Below are positions 30,885 to 43,721 of a stretch of 64,000 bases of DNA, piece by piece. The DNA is taken from positions 2,276,232 to 2,340,231 of the forward strand of contig CM119268.1 of the NCBI GenBank assembly GCA_051294375.1. The letters run 5' to 3'. Under the pieces are notes generated by a model, which was not told where the DNA came from, did no database searches, and saw only the letters and a program-made list of their open reading frames with translations. How positions within the stretch are numbered: the stretch's first letter is position 1; each line of letters starts with the position of its first letter. This stretch comes from Paraspadella gotoi. Lineage: Eukaryota > Animalia > Chaetognatha. Both the position numbers and the translations under genes were made by a program.

Positions 30885-31642
30885 GCCCGTCTCTCTCTCT
30901 CTCCGTCGTCTCTCTCCACGGGATTTTTTTTATCTATCATGCCCAAAAATTTCTTCCGTATCAAAGTTACTTCTCACGTGCTAAGGACGACGTCGCGCGT
31001 ACAGTTGGCGCATCGAGTCGACTCGCAGCGCATCGGCCCTGGACGTATCGCGGTGACGCAGTCACCGACCACGCGACTGTCACGACCGCTCAGAATGAGC
31101 ACGATGCGAACGACGACCGCACTACGAGCCGTACCGTCACCCTCGGACCGACTTAGCACACGCACATTAGGACGAAGACGAGAGATCGAGGTGGAACGCT
31201 GACGAACCTCTTGTTTGCACGTATCAACGACGAAATTCGCCCATGCACGGAAATCGAGGTTATCTCCGCGTCTCAGAGACGACGCCAAGACGCCCGCATG
31301 ATGCTACTGACCAATCTACATTCAGTCCCCTGATCAATAACTTTTTTGCCTCCTCAGCTCAACACCGCAGATATTCAGTAAATCATCGAGATCCCTGAAA
31401 AATCCTGGATGGTTGCACTCTCCTGCATACCCTTTCTACTATCTCGCCTTGTTCGTCTCTCTGCACGGTCTGGTCTCTGCGACTTTTCTCTCGGCGTCTC
31501 AAATCTCGTCTCCGATGCCTCTCGCCTTCATCTGATCCTCTCTCCTGTCCCCTCTATGTTTCTTTCCCCTTTTTTCTCTTCCCTCGCTATTATTTTTATG
31601 TTTTTTTTTCTCCTCTCACATCCTCTCTCTCTCTCTCGTCTC

Positions 31643-31688
<46 letters not shown>

Positions 31689-32355
31689 CTCTCTTTTTAT
31701 TTTTTAAAGATGAAATATCTCCGTTGTTTGCGTAAAGGTCTCGATAAGACCGGCCAACTCTCACGCAACCATCCATAACATAGTCGTAATTCTCTCCGAC
31801 GACGACAGACCGACGCCACCAATCGGTCTAAACTCAAAACTACAATAAGATACATAAATCACTTCTACTGTTTAAACCAAAACAAAAGATTCGTCGATCT
31901 GGAGAAAAAATAAACGCATTACGAAAAATAAAATCCCGTAGTGAATTTGGTGGAGGACGACGACGAGAAAAAAAAAAAAGAAAGAAAAAATGATCCCAAA
32001 TAAAATATAAAAGGAAAGAGAGAAGCGGCCGGTCGGGCGGTCCGGGGCGGCGGCCGTCGGGCTCGCATTATAAATGGACGGAATTGGATAAATGGCATTT
32101 TGTCGGGGCGTCGGGTCGACGGGCGTCGGCCGACGGCTGTCGGCCATGTTCGGTCGCCCCCACTTTCGATCCCACAGCGAAGGGAAATCTCGGCGAAATC
32201 TTTCTTTCTAATGTCTTTTTTTTTGTTTTCTTTGTTTTATTTTTTGTTTTCTTTTTTTCTTTTTTTTTATTTTTTGTGATGGCTAAACAAACAAACGATG
32301 GATTTAATATGATTTTGTTATGGTTCTAACATTGGTCCATTCTATCTTGGTCGAT

Positions 32356-32446
<91 letters not shown>

Positions 32447-32572
32447 AAAGAGACTCAGTTGTCAGAAGAAAGCGACAAAAGGAGGGGAAAAAAGGAAACT
32501 GTAGTTTGATTTAAACGAAAGACAACGAATATAATACAAAGTTTTTCTCTAAATTTCTCTCTCTCTCTCTCT

Positions 32573-32631
<59 letters not shown>

Positions 32632-32809
32632 CTCAGAAGAGAGAATCGAATCATTTTTCAATTTATTATTTTCCGCTTTCTTCAATTTCTTTCCTTTTCT
32701 CTTTGCCTCGTCTTTTCCTTCCTCCTTCTTTTCTTTTACGTGTTTCTTTTCTTCCTTTCTTTTTTCTCTTTTCTTTTCTCTACTCTACTCTTCCTTTCTA
32801 CTTCTTTAT

Positions 32810-32969
32810 GAAATCGGTACAACCAATATAAAAATTATCCATTCATTTAATAAATAAAGCTATCTTGTCCCTGACTTTGGACAGGCTTTGGTGGTTTAAG
32901 GCCTCCATCACCACTTACAAGATAATAACATTTTATTGTATAATATATATATTATATAATATAATATAA
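32810..32969. mobile_element. About 160-bp insertion of an interspersed repeat, absent from the paralogous position near 28392
   Basis: The empty site reads CTTCTTTATTTTATTCTCTA; the filled site has a possible TAT duplication. Bases 32825-32886 match 45490-45547 in insc intron 3. Confidence 0.6.
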
Positions 32970-33054
32970 TATTTTATTCTCTAATCGTTTCCCGTCTTTT
33001 CTTCTTTTCTTATCCTTCTTTCTCGTTACTTCCCTCTCTATCTTCTCTTTTTTC

Positions 33055-33108
<54 letters not shown>

Positions 33109-33692
33109 TCTCTCTCTCTCCTCTCTTTCTCTCTCTCTTTCTCCTCCTGTGTACATTTCTATTCTTTTTAGTTTTTATATATTTTTCGCTGAGGAGGCGC
33201 GAAAGTCTAAGCGAATCGAGATAATCCGTTTCCGCCGCCGCCGCCGCCGCTGAGCCGCCGCCAACGCTGCCGACCCTGGCGCAATTTGCCACCGGCATCC
33301 CCCGCGTCTTCACGGTAAAGGGAAAACTCTCTTTTTTTCAACGTCACAAACAAATGTTTTAAAATAAATCGCTTATAACCTAAACCATATATATTACATA
33401 ATTATATATGAATGTACAAAGTTGTACATTCTTAATCAGACTCAAGCAATATGTCGCACGTTGCCCTCAAATCTTTCCCCAAACCAGGAAAATTTATTCT
33501 AAAATTCTAACGCTAACCAATCAAAACGTTCGCGAATCCGTATCGACCAATCAGCTTCCGAATCAAAAATTCTTTTCGTCAATTTCATTTTCCTCATCTC
33601 CGAGATTCTTTCCTCCGATTCTTTCCTCAGCGAGAAAACAACTCAATCCATGTTAATCTCGACTCCCTATATCTCGTTATATGGTCTATCCA

Positions 33693-33749
<57 letters not shown>

Positions 33750-34853
33750 ACTTTATATATATCCCTATATCTCGTTATGTGGTCTATCCACTTTTCCTCG
33801 AATTTGCTTGGGCCGATCCCTTAGTTTTTGGTTGGTCATACTGCTCCGTTATTTTCACCATTTCTAGCAGTTTTTTTCTTTCGCTAGAATTGTTTGGGGA
33901 TTAAAAGTTAATTAAACAAGAATTTCTAAGTTATTTTCAGTAGATTAAATCGTAATTGTTTGGTGATTTCAAGGCAATTTAAAGTTAAAACTAGAATTGC
34001 TTGGAGATTTTCATTTAAATAAAATTCTAATAGCTTGGCGATTTCGAGTTACTCAAACTTCAGTAGCCGAGTGATTTCGAGGTACATAATTAAACTTAGA
34101 ATTGCTTGGCAATTTTCAGGTTTTGGCCAATCGCAATGGTTTCGTCTCGCCAAGCACGATCGCATTAAATCCCCCACCAAGCCGTAACGTTGGCTCCGCG
34201 AGACCTTAACTTTTATCGCTTTAAAATTTAAATGGGCATCGGTAGAGAACAACTGCATCGAAGCTTCCAAGTTTTCTTCCCCTTTTCCGGGCCTTCCTTT
34301 TGTTTTCAACGCCTCTTTAATATTCCATTCTCTTCATCATTTAAAGTTTTTTTTTTTTTTTTTTTCCTATCTTAAAAATACCCGCTTATGTTTTCTTATT
34401 TTCTTTTTTCCATCGCTTCGGTTTTATGACCTTAGCCCCCCCCCCACCTCTTTTCCTGTTTTATAGCTTTAAATCTTTTTGTGTTACGTTTAATGTTTAG
34501 TATCGTTTTTTATTATATGTCTTTTCTTATTTTTTATTTCTTCATATATCCGCCCATGTACCTAAATTACTTTTATCACTTCGGTTTAATTTTATTCTTT
34601 TCTCATTTATTATACATTTTCCCTTTAAATACCTTCCCGCTTATTGCTTTTTTCTCCCTCTTCCCTCGTTTCATCTTTTCTTCTTTTTTTCTTTCTTTTC
34701 GTAGACAGTTTGATCTTCTTTTTTTTTTTTTCATTCGACATTTTAATTTTCCTGGGCGACATTTTCGGGATTTCTTTTATTTTAAGAAAACGTCCTTTTT
34801 AAAAACATTTATTTAATTTTATAAAACGNNNNNNNNNNNNNNNNNNNNNNNNN

Positions 34854-34887
<34 letters not shown>

Positions 34888-35428
34888 CCCAGACCAGCAG
34901 TTACCTTCGCTTAGTACATTTATCTTTCATAACCTGAGACCCGCCTTGTCTCTATCGCTAGAGGGTCGACCGAATTTTTATTGATACTTAGGTTATTAGT
35001 AGTTTATAATTAATTTTTAATATTATTTCATACATACATACGACCTAAATCGTATCTTTCTTTTCTTCGTTTTTCATTTGATTAAAATAACTGTTTTTTT
35101 TAATGAAAAAAAAAACCGAGCTGAAGAATAGAATAAAGTAAAAAAAAAATCGTATGATAGAAGATAAAAAGTTAGTAAATAGAAAATTTAAAAAAAAGAG
35201 AAGAAAACCAATTATACAAAGACAGAAATAAAGAATAAAGTATAAAAAAAATATAATAAATTAGGTATGCAATCAAGCAAGCAAGTTCCGGAAACGCTGC
35301 TTCAATGATAATCTATTTTTTAGAAATAAAAAGAGATGACGACGACTACGACGACGACGACGACGAATACAATGTTTTATTATAAATGTCGTGACTTCGA
35401 ACGGAAAATCAAAGAGCGAATATATAGG

Positions 35429-35464
<36 letters not shown>

Positions 35465-36074
35465 TTGTCGTCCTCGATCTAAGGATCGTGGTTTTTTGAC
35501 CTTTAAGCTTCTCACTCTTTTTTTTCGTTTTCAGTTCCGGTTTTTTTCGTTTCAGAATTTTGAAATAATATCGAGAAGCGAAACGAAATGAATTGATGTG
35601 CAAATTGGATGAATTAATGTTCAAAAGGAATGAATTACTGGGAAAATTTATAAATTACAGTAAAAAAAATTATAGTATTTATGGTGCAAATCCGTAATTT
35701 GCGCATCATACGCAATATAAGAACAAAAAAACAAAAAAAAACAACCCAAAAACTGATAAATTAATTTTCCTTTGCTATAAGTTAAATGCAACTTTTTTTC
35801 TCCCTTTTTTAATCTATTTCAATTTGATTGTTATTGTTAATGTTAATGTTATTCGATTTGTTTGTTTCGTTTCATCAATTTCCTAACCATCCTTAATTTT
35901 CAGAACTTTAGCTAATTTTCCAAAAATTTTTTTCTCCATCTTTTTTCCAGTTCCACTGACCGCTGACGTTCATCATTCCCTATCACTCTCCTCCTCCTCC
36001 TCCTCCTCCTCCTCCTCCTCTTCCTTCCCGATGATTAAGGATTTAATATAAGTTTTAGTCTCAGCTTGACCCCG

Positions 36075-36107
36075 CCACCAGATGGCGTCTCCGCGTCGTC
36101 ACGTGAC
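36075..36107 (+). promoter_or_regulatory. CTCF-like motif next to a palindromic E-box
   Basis: CCACCAGATGGCGT (36075-36088) followed by GTCACGTGAC (36098-36107). Confidence 0.4.
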
Positions 36108-36241
36108 TTCGTTGTCAAGGCGACCAAAAAAGCCGCCTCTGCGTCGGGGTGGAAGATGGGGGGGGAGGAAACCGCCAAAAGGGGTTACCAGGGGCCGACG
36201 AACTGGGTTAGAGCCCGGGGAGAGAGAGAGAGAGAGGGAGA

Positions 36242-36312
<71 letters not shown>

Positions 36313-36424
36313 CTTTGTCGCTTCATTAGTTCAAACTTCAAAGGAAAAGGGGTAGTTTGATAAGAAAAAAATACCAAGTTTACGTTCAATTAAACTAAAT
36401 GCCGGCAATAGTATAGAATATTGT

Positions 36425-36535
36425 TTTAAGTGAAACGAAATTTTCGTGAAACAACAATTTAATTTTGTTTTAGATAAAATTGGACATGTTTCGGCTCAGA
36501 TTTCGAGCCTTCACGAAAATTTCATTTCACCTAAA
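36425..36535. repeat. Short foldback element (26-bp inverted repeat, about 59-bp spacer); possible mini-MITE
   Basis: TTTAAGTGAAACGAAATTTTCGTGAA versus TTCACGAAAATTTCATTTCACCTAAA; 24/26 complementary. Confidence 0.6.
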
Positions 36536-36903
36536 TCTAAAACAAACAACAAAAAGAAAGGCTTAACGCAAAGAAAATTGTTCGTAATGACAATGATATA
36601 TAATTCAAATTAGCTTAAAAAAAATTAAAATAAACAAATCAATAGTTTTGAAATATAAAACCCGGAGATTAAAAGAAAAAAAAATATTTTTCTTTGTCTC
36701 CCTCGAAAACGTGGGAATGGCTTCGTCACCAATGGGTTTTTTTTCGCGCCCAGGGAGTCTGAAACAGGTGCCCCATGATTTATGGGAAAAACTTCTTTTG
36801 GGTCAGGGAATCGTTGTCCCTCGAGTGGAAAGGAGGAAAAGGAAACGAGGGGGGGGAGGGGATGAAAGGAGAAAGTGAGGGGGAGGAGGTATTGAACAAT
36901 TGG

Positions 36904-37283
36904 GAGCTCTCTTTTCTAAGAGTGCCCCATTTCTGTTCGTTTATCCCAGAATTTAAGTCCAACTTTAATATTTAACCTAATTAAGTTTTTAAACTTATAA
37001 ACCAATCCCCAATGCTAATGCCTAACCCTAATCCTTAACCGTAACCAAATATTAAACCTTAACCTTAAACCTTTATTCCAAATCTTAAACCTTAACCTGA
37101 AACCTTTATTCCTAATCCTAACCCTTGCCCATAAATATTAATCCCTAACCTAAATCCCCAACCCTAATCATAAACCAAGTCCCTAACCTTAAATCACTAA
37201 TCTCATCTTTAACCTAATCCTTAATCTTAACCTTTAACTTAATCTTTAACTTAAATAATGGGGCTTTTTGGGATAATAAGGCC
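36904..37283. mobile_element. Second copy of the MITE-like element with telomere-like interior
   Basis: Left GAGCTCTCTTTTCTAAGAGTGCCCCATTT; right AATGGGGCTTTTTGGGATAATAAGGCC; interior of AACCCTAATCCTTAACCGTAACC-type arrays. Confidence 0.6.
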
Positions 37284-38461
37284 TAATTTTGGAAATCAAG
37301 ATATAAAAGGGGAACAAAGGAAGGGGAAGATGTCGTAGTCATCAAAAAGGGATCGATGATGAAAAAAGGAAAAGAAAAGGAAAAGAAAAAAAAAGGATAA
37401 GAAAAGAAGAAAAAGGAAAAGAAAAGAAAAAGGAGAAAGAAGGAAAGGGAGAAAGGTGGAGGAGGAAAGAAGAAAGACGAAGGAAAGTCGTTTCTTGGAG
37501 AGACGAGAGGCGAAGGTGAAAAAAAAAAAAGAAAATGAGATTTAGAAAATAGAAGATAAAAGGCGGAGGAAATGAGAAAGAGAAAAAAAGAAAAGAAGAA
37601 GGAAAAAAATTGAGAAAAATGTGAGAAGAAAATAAGGAAAAAACAGGAGAGAATCGATTCGCTGAAAGGGAGAAAGGAGGAAAGGGAAGAAAATGAGGAA
37701 AGGAGAAAATAGGAGAGAAAGGAAAGGGAGGAAAGGAGGAGAGTGAGGGGAGGGAGGAAAGGAGGGGAGGAAGGAAGGGAGTAAAGGAGGGAAGGAAGAA
37801 AGGGAGAAGAGAGGAGAGAAAGGAAAGGGAGGAAAGGAAGAGATAGAGGGGAGAAAGGGAAGGAGGGGAGGAAGCAAGAGAGTAAAAGAGGAAGGGAGGA
37901 AAGGAGGGCAGAGAGGGGAGGAAAAAAGGAGGGGATGGAGATGGTAGGAAAGAAGGAATAAAGGTGGAAATGAGGGGAAGAAGAAATGGTGGAAAAATTG
38001 GTTTGTGAAAGAATAGGATGAGATGAGGAGGAAAAGGGGAGAAAAGGGCAGAACGGGAAACAATGACAGATGAGGATAGAAAAGAAAAGTATATTAATAA
38101 AATAAAATGAAAATATTGAGGTAAGATAAAAGTAATTTTTAAAGAGATAGAAAAAGAGGACAGGAAAGAATTGATGACTTTCGAGTCATCAGTTCGCTTC
38201 CTTCGTAGAAGTTTGAGACAAAAACTCTTAATTGTTTAATTGTTTATTTAATTTAAAGCACAAGTAGATCAAAGATACGAAGACGGCGATTAAATAAATG
38301 ATAAGAACAAATAAATTAAATCTAAAAATATAAAAAGTATTTTCGATCCTCGGCCGAAACAACAACAACAACAGTTCGTAAGATAAGCGATGTTCAAACA
38401 ATGGTTTTTTCTTAGCCCTTCCTTCCCCCCCAAAAAAATCAGGAAAGCCGGGAATTAGAAA

Positions 38462-38533
<72 letters not shown>

Positions 38534-39036
38534 GAAGAAGAAAGAAATGTCCAGATAAGAAACGAAGATGGAGGAAAAAAGAGAAAACCAAGAAATTGGG
38601 TCCAATTGAAAGAGGAAAGGAATTAAAAGGAGATTTGGACATAAGTCGAAGATAGAGAGAGAGATAGTCCGGTGGACAAGAGAGAGAGAGACACTCGGAG
38701 GAGAAAAAAGTCAAATGTGATGACAGGTGAGATCAATGGTTTTAAAGGAGATAACGAGAAGAATAGAAGGAAAGAGAGAAGGAAAGAGACAGAAAGAGAC
38801 AGAAGCAAAGAGACAGAAGGAAAGAGCCAGAAGAAAAAAGAGAAGCAAAGAGATAAAAAAGAAAGAGACAAAAAAGAAAGAAACGGAAATAAAGAGACGG
38901 AAAGAAAGACACAAAAACGAAAGAGATAGAAAGAAAGAAAAAGACAAAGAGATAAAAAAAGAAAAGAAAAATTTTAAGATAAATTCAGTGGTCATCTTCC
39001 GCCTTCACGCCGCCTAACGTGAGAAGGTCAACTGGC

Positions 39037-39091
<55 letters not shown>

Positions 39092-39298
39092 GATGGTGAA
39101 GGTAATCTTCACATGATTGCGATACCACAGGTGATTATGTCAATCTTATTTGGTCAGCAGTTAATATAATTATTTTAAATTTGCGTACACACCAAAAGTT
39201 AAGGTTTTTCGTCAGGTTACGAACATTCACCACATTCATTCATTCCTTCATTTCTTAATTCGCTCCATTAATTTTTTAATTAATTCATTTAATTAATC

Positions 39299-39526
39299 CA
39301 TTCATTCTTCCCATTCGATGCATTCATTCATATCCTCGGCAATCGCGCCAAATTCATTCACTTCCCATTCGATGCATTCATTCATATCCTCGGCAATCGC
39401 GCCAAATTCATTCACTTCCCATTCGATGCATTCATTCATATCCTCGGCAATCGCGCCAAATTCATTCATTTCCCATTCGATGCATTCATTCATATCCTCG
39501 GCAATCGCGCGAAATCCATTCACTTC
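39299..39526 (+). repeat. 54-bp minisatellite, 4 near-identical copies
   Basis: Unit CTTCCCATTCGATGCATTCATTCATATCCTCGGCAATCGCGCCAAATTCATTCA at 39307, 39361, 39415 and 39469. Confidence 0.95.
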
Positions 39527-40519
39527 ACGTTCGCCCTCGAGTTTTCACGAGGCGACGAAAGTCAACGACCTCGTTATGATAATTAAGGGAATACGAAATC
39601 CGAGTTACGGTCGTCGGAATCGCGATATCCGAGTCGATTACGTCCTAATTTCCTTTTGATCTCAATTTTATGATTTACTTCATATCCATGAAAGTTATGA
39701 GATTGCTTGTTTTACCATATTTTTAAAATATCAGAAAAATATAATAACTAAATGAGGAAAAACGGTTTTTAAGGTCAACAACGATTTATTATTGGATATA
39801 AGTGCGGGGACAAGTTTCAACTCTTATTAAGAGTCTTCTTCAGCTAATGTTAAAGAGAGAAAATTGTTGATTATTAAAAATCGCTGAAGAAGACAATTTC
39901 TTTTTGTTATTACTAGTTTAGTATTAAGTTTTCCATTTATTATTCTGTTGTACATTGCTAAATGTAATTATTTTCTCTGCCTCTGTTGCTTCTCTCTCTC
40001 TCTCTCAATTTTTTCACCTTTCAAGTTTCAACCAATCTTATCTTCTTCCCTGTCCTTACCTTCACCTGTCCTCACATCTGACCACTGTCCTTTCTAAATT
40101 CTTTGTTGGAATCTCCCTCCTCTCTCTCTCTCTCTCCACTCTCAAAGCTAATGTTAAAGAGAGAAAATTGTTGATTATTAAAAATCGCTGAAGAAGACTC
40201 TTAATAAAGAGTTGAAACTTGTCCGACTTATATCCAATAATAAATCGTTGTTGACCTTAAAAACTGTTTTTCCTAATTTTACAAACACAACGAAAAGAAA
40301 GAATCATAACAATGTCTAATAACTAAATGCAATATATTTTGAGATTCTAACAATTATATTCGTTACGTCGGTCATGACAAAGACGCGACCGTGGGATTCG
40401 ACGACGAGATGATATCTGACTGCTGCCTCGCCCGTTTCCCGCGAAGAAAAAATATGGAATGTGAAGATAGAAGATCTTATGGCAACGGAGGGAGAAGTGT
40501 GATGCCTGGATTGTGAGGC

Positions 40520-40690
40520 ATTTCCCGACAGTTGGCGCTCAGGGCTTTGGACCTGCAGTGACCACCCCATGTCACTGGCGTGTTTAGGCCGACACCATCA
40601 CACTTTAACCAGCGTGACCGTGAGGTGATTGAACCCGGAACTCACGGTTGGTGAACGAGTACTTAGCTGTCCAAGCCAATGGGACGAGCT
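40520..40690 (-). mobile_element. Probable tRNA-derived SINE (head and adjacent body)
   Basis: Minus strand reads GTCCCATTGGCTTGGACAGCTAAG (A-box-like) then CCGGGTTCAATCACC (B-box-like) with tRNA-like spacing. GC-balanced island in AT-rich DNA. It does not fold into a complete cloverleaf. Confidence 0.4.
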
Positions 40691-41475
40691 GAGTTTCACC
40701 AAGCTATACGGGAGGCGAATTTAGGATTCGCCACGATATAAGGATTATTTTTAACGTTTGAAACGTCCAGAGAGAGAGAATAAGAGCCTCTCGAAAACCC
40801 GCGGACGTTAAACGCTTTTAACTCAGCGTTGGTAGTTTAAATTTTAAGTGTTTTTAATCTCACGTTTTTAACCTTTTACCCTCGAATAACAAGTGAAAAT
40901 CTAAGGTAAAATCATATAAAAATCTTTCATCAAATTATATAAAAGAGGCATAATATATATATTTACTTAAATATAATCACTGGTTTTGGAAAAAATTGTC
41001 CGTCGCAATTAGCAAGAACAAAGAAAATCAACAAATTCTTCGTCGACTTCGAACGAGATTGGCGGGAAAAAAGGTGATTGGTCGAGGCCCGCAAATCCAA
41101 GACCGCAGTTGAGAAACGCTTGCTCTCTCAATCCGAAACGCGAATAGAAGGGAAACCTCGCGATCAAACACAGATACAATATTTTGATATTACCTATTTT
41201 AGAGGTTAGTGTTGTCTTCTGGAAATAAAGGGATCATCTATTCAACACAAGGCTTATAAACTTTCTGTCCGATGTTAACTCGCTTTCATCAAGAAATTGA
41301 TATCTTAATGCAATCTCTGTTTCATTAGTAATATCAGATTCATTTCATTTTCTTCTCGATTTCATCTGTATTTCATCTGAATTTTTTTATTGTTCCATCT
41401 GAAATCCACTTTAATTCCACATAATGATTACATCTCGATCTAATTTTAGTAACGATTTTCCTAAAATCATTTCCC

Positions 41476-41645
<170 letters not shown>

Positions 41646-42231
41646 TAATCCACCGCAGCTTTACTTTAAGTTTAACGCCGAAAATAAAGTATAGCGAGGG
41701 TGTCGAATATAAAGAAACAAATACGTATATTTTTCGTAGAGAATTATATAAAGGAGGTATAAATGAAATAAAATTTTTAGGTCGTTCTGTACATTTAACT
41801 TTTAACGTTTTCATGTTTCATTCCCTCATTCCCACAATTTAAACAAAATAACGTCCCAAAAGTTTGACTCTAGCCTTTTACCACTAGAGGTCAGAATAAG
41901 CTGTGGTTGTCGAAAACAAAATAACAAAGCCTCATCACTGCAAAGTTTTTGAAATTTCAAATTTCAGAGAAGAATGTTATTATTTAATGACCCCATATCG
42001 ATTAATTAAAATTATTATGTAAAAAAGGTTCTTTGTCTATTCATTTCTAAAATTCTATCTTGGTTTTTCTCTAAGCAAAATTACACCGAAAAATATACCA
42101 TACTTTGATTTAATTCATCCAATCACAAAAAAAAAAAAAAATAAAAATAAAAAAAAAAAAAAACAAAATCGCACACAATCGAGACGAAATAATAATAAAA
42201 TATAAAAAAAATGTGCCCGCGTAGGGGAATT

Positions 42232-42361
42232 TTAAACGAAACTTTCTTGCATCTGCGAACAAGAGAGAAAAGAGTCGAGAAGTTTCGGTCGAATCAATTC
42301 CTTCATTTCTTCTGTTTCGAATTCTCCTTCAGCCTCGGGGCCGCAGTTGCCTTGGATTTTT
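42232..42361 (-). CDS. insc: inscuteable terminal exon with PDZ-binding motif
   Basis: Acceptor TGTCCTCAG|A. Translates KIQGNCGPEAEGEFETEEMKELIRPKLLDSFLSCSQMQESFV followed by TAA; ESFV is the canonical Insc C-terminus. Exons 2-8 total 2937 nt = 979 codons, in frame. Confidence 0.93.
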
Positions 42362-42558
42362 CTGAGGACAGAATCGAGCATTTATTTACATTTTATTGTT
42401 GAATTACGCAATTCTACTCTTTGTATTGATTAATCTATTTAGTTATTTATCCATTCGATCATTAATTCATTCATTCATTCATTCATTCATTCATTCATTC
42501 ATTCATTCATTCATTCATTCATTCATTCATTCATTCACTCATTCATTCCTCAACCCAC

Positions 42559-42719
42559 CTGAGCGCGGCGAGACACGCGACCAGCACGGCGTCGCTGAAG
42601 TTCCTTTTCTTGGAATTGCGACAGAGTGTCGCCAGAAGGAGGTGACCGCCCTTCTCGACGATCTCCTTGGCCACCTCCTCAGAGTTGCTGGAGAGGCGCG
42701 TCAAGGCGATCGCTGATTT
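42559..42719 (-). CDS. insc: inscuteable exon 7
   Basis: Acceptor TTCCCTTGCAG|AAA, donor AG|GTGGGT, phase 0-2. Translates KSAIALTRL...RNFSDAVLVACLAALR, the conserved Insc C-terminal block. Confidence 0.93.
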
Positions 42720-42895
42720 CTGCAAGGGAAGTAAATAAATAAATAAATAAATACATAAATAAATAAATTTAAACAGATATATATAAATAAAAACTAAATA
42801 AATGAATAAATAAATAAAAAATTAAAATATGAAAAAAAAACAGAAATAAAAAAAATATAAATGTATTATTAAATAAAATAATAAATTAACGAAAC

Positions 42896-43721
42896 CTGTT
42901 GAACTCTCTCCGCCGCGGATTGAACAGGCGTCGATTTTTTGTTCGGCGAGGGTCTCCCCTTCTCTTCCTCTCCCTCCCTCTCTCCCTCCCTCTCTCCTCT
43001 CCCTTTCCCCTCTCCCTCCATCTCCTCCTTCAAAAACGCCAACACGACATCCACTCCACCGCCTCGTCGAATGTCTTCGTGACAATCCGCGTGCGCCGCC
43101 ATGTTGGTCACCACCGTCGCGATCTGATCCCTTGCGAATACCGAGGCCGGACCCGCCGCGGATTGCCGCTCCGGCGCGGCCCGACGCAGCAGAGCCGAAG
43201 CGGTGCCGGCCGACGCCATGGCGTCGCAGGCGTCGGGGCTGACGAAGCTGAGATTGGCCAGCGCCGCGGCGGCGAGGAGAAATACGTCGCGACTTCCGGT
43301 GGAGGAAGCGAGAGACGTCAGCGCCTCTATCATCGGACGCAAGTGGGCGTGGAGACGCGGAAGTGGTTGACCGTGATCCAGACAAGGCGAAGTGATCTGC
43401 GCCACGACGCCGGCGGCTTCGGATCGTATAGTCTCCGACGACGAGTGGGCGTGTCCGCGCGACGCGTCGGGCCGCAACGCCCGTGTCAGAGTCTCTAGTC
43501 CGCCGCGGGCCTCGAGGCGAGCGATGCTCTCGGCAGCGCAGCATAGCGTAGCAAGGCAGCGGAGCGCGTGCGCCCAAACCGCTCGCAGCGCCTCCTCTTG
43601 AAGGATCTCGAGCAAGAGGCGGACGCCGCCGGCGCGGGCGGTGAGACGGCAGAGGTTTTCGCCCTCGAGTCCGAGTGAGATGAGGGCGGTGATGCAGTGG
43701 CGGACTCGTGAGAGGGTGGAT
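42896..43721 (-). CDS. insc: inscuteable exon 6 (armadillo-like repeats)
   Basis: Acceptor CCCCTTATTAG|A, donor CAG|GTTTCG, phase 2-0. Contains LGLEGENLCRLTARAGGVRLLL, EAAGVVAQITSP, VFLLAAAALANLSF, FARDQIATVVTNMA and AAERVQQ, all typical Insc segments. Confidence 0.93.

Larger units (their letters stand above)
26599..34828. repeat. Large inverted duplication (26599 to about 29450, and about 31680-34828), extending noisily toward a centre near 30700-30800
   Basis: Mirror ORFs in the track (26603..26935- versus 34481..34816+; 27503..27946- versus 33408..33904+). Bounded or interrupted by 25-N gaps at 29451 and 34829. Confidence 0.92.

Noticed and set aside
30640-31600. Novel ORFs or an SMRTbell adapter at the fold-back centre
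   Set aside because: The sequence looks like a degraded copy of neighbouring DNA; no clear adapter match is visible, and the ORFs have no support.
39299-39526. CRISPR-like array or repeat protein (MNECIEWEVNEFGAIAED)n
   Set aside because: Head-to-tail 54-bp units with no unique spacers, a eukaryotic context and no cas genes.
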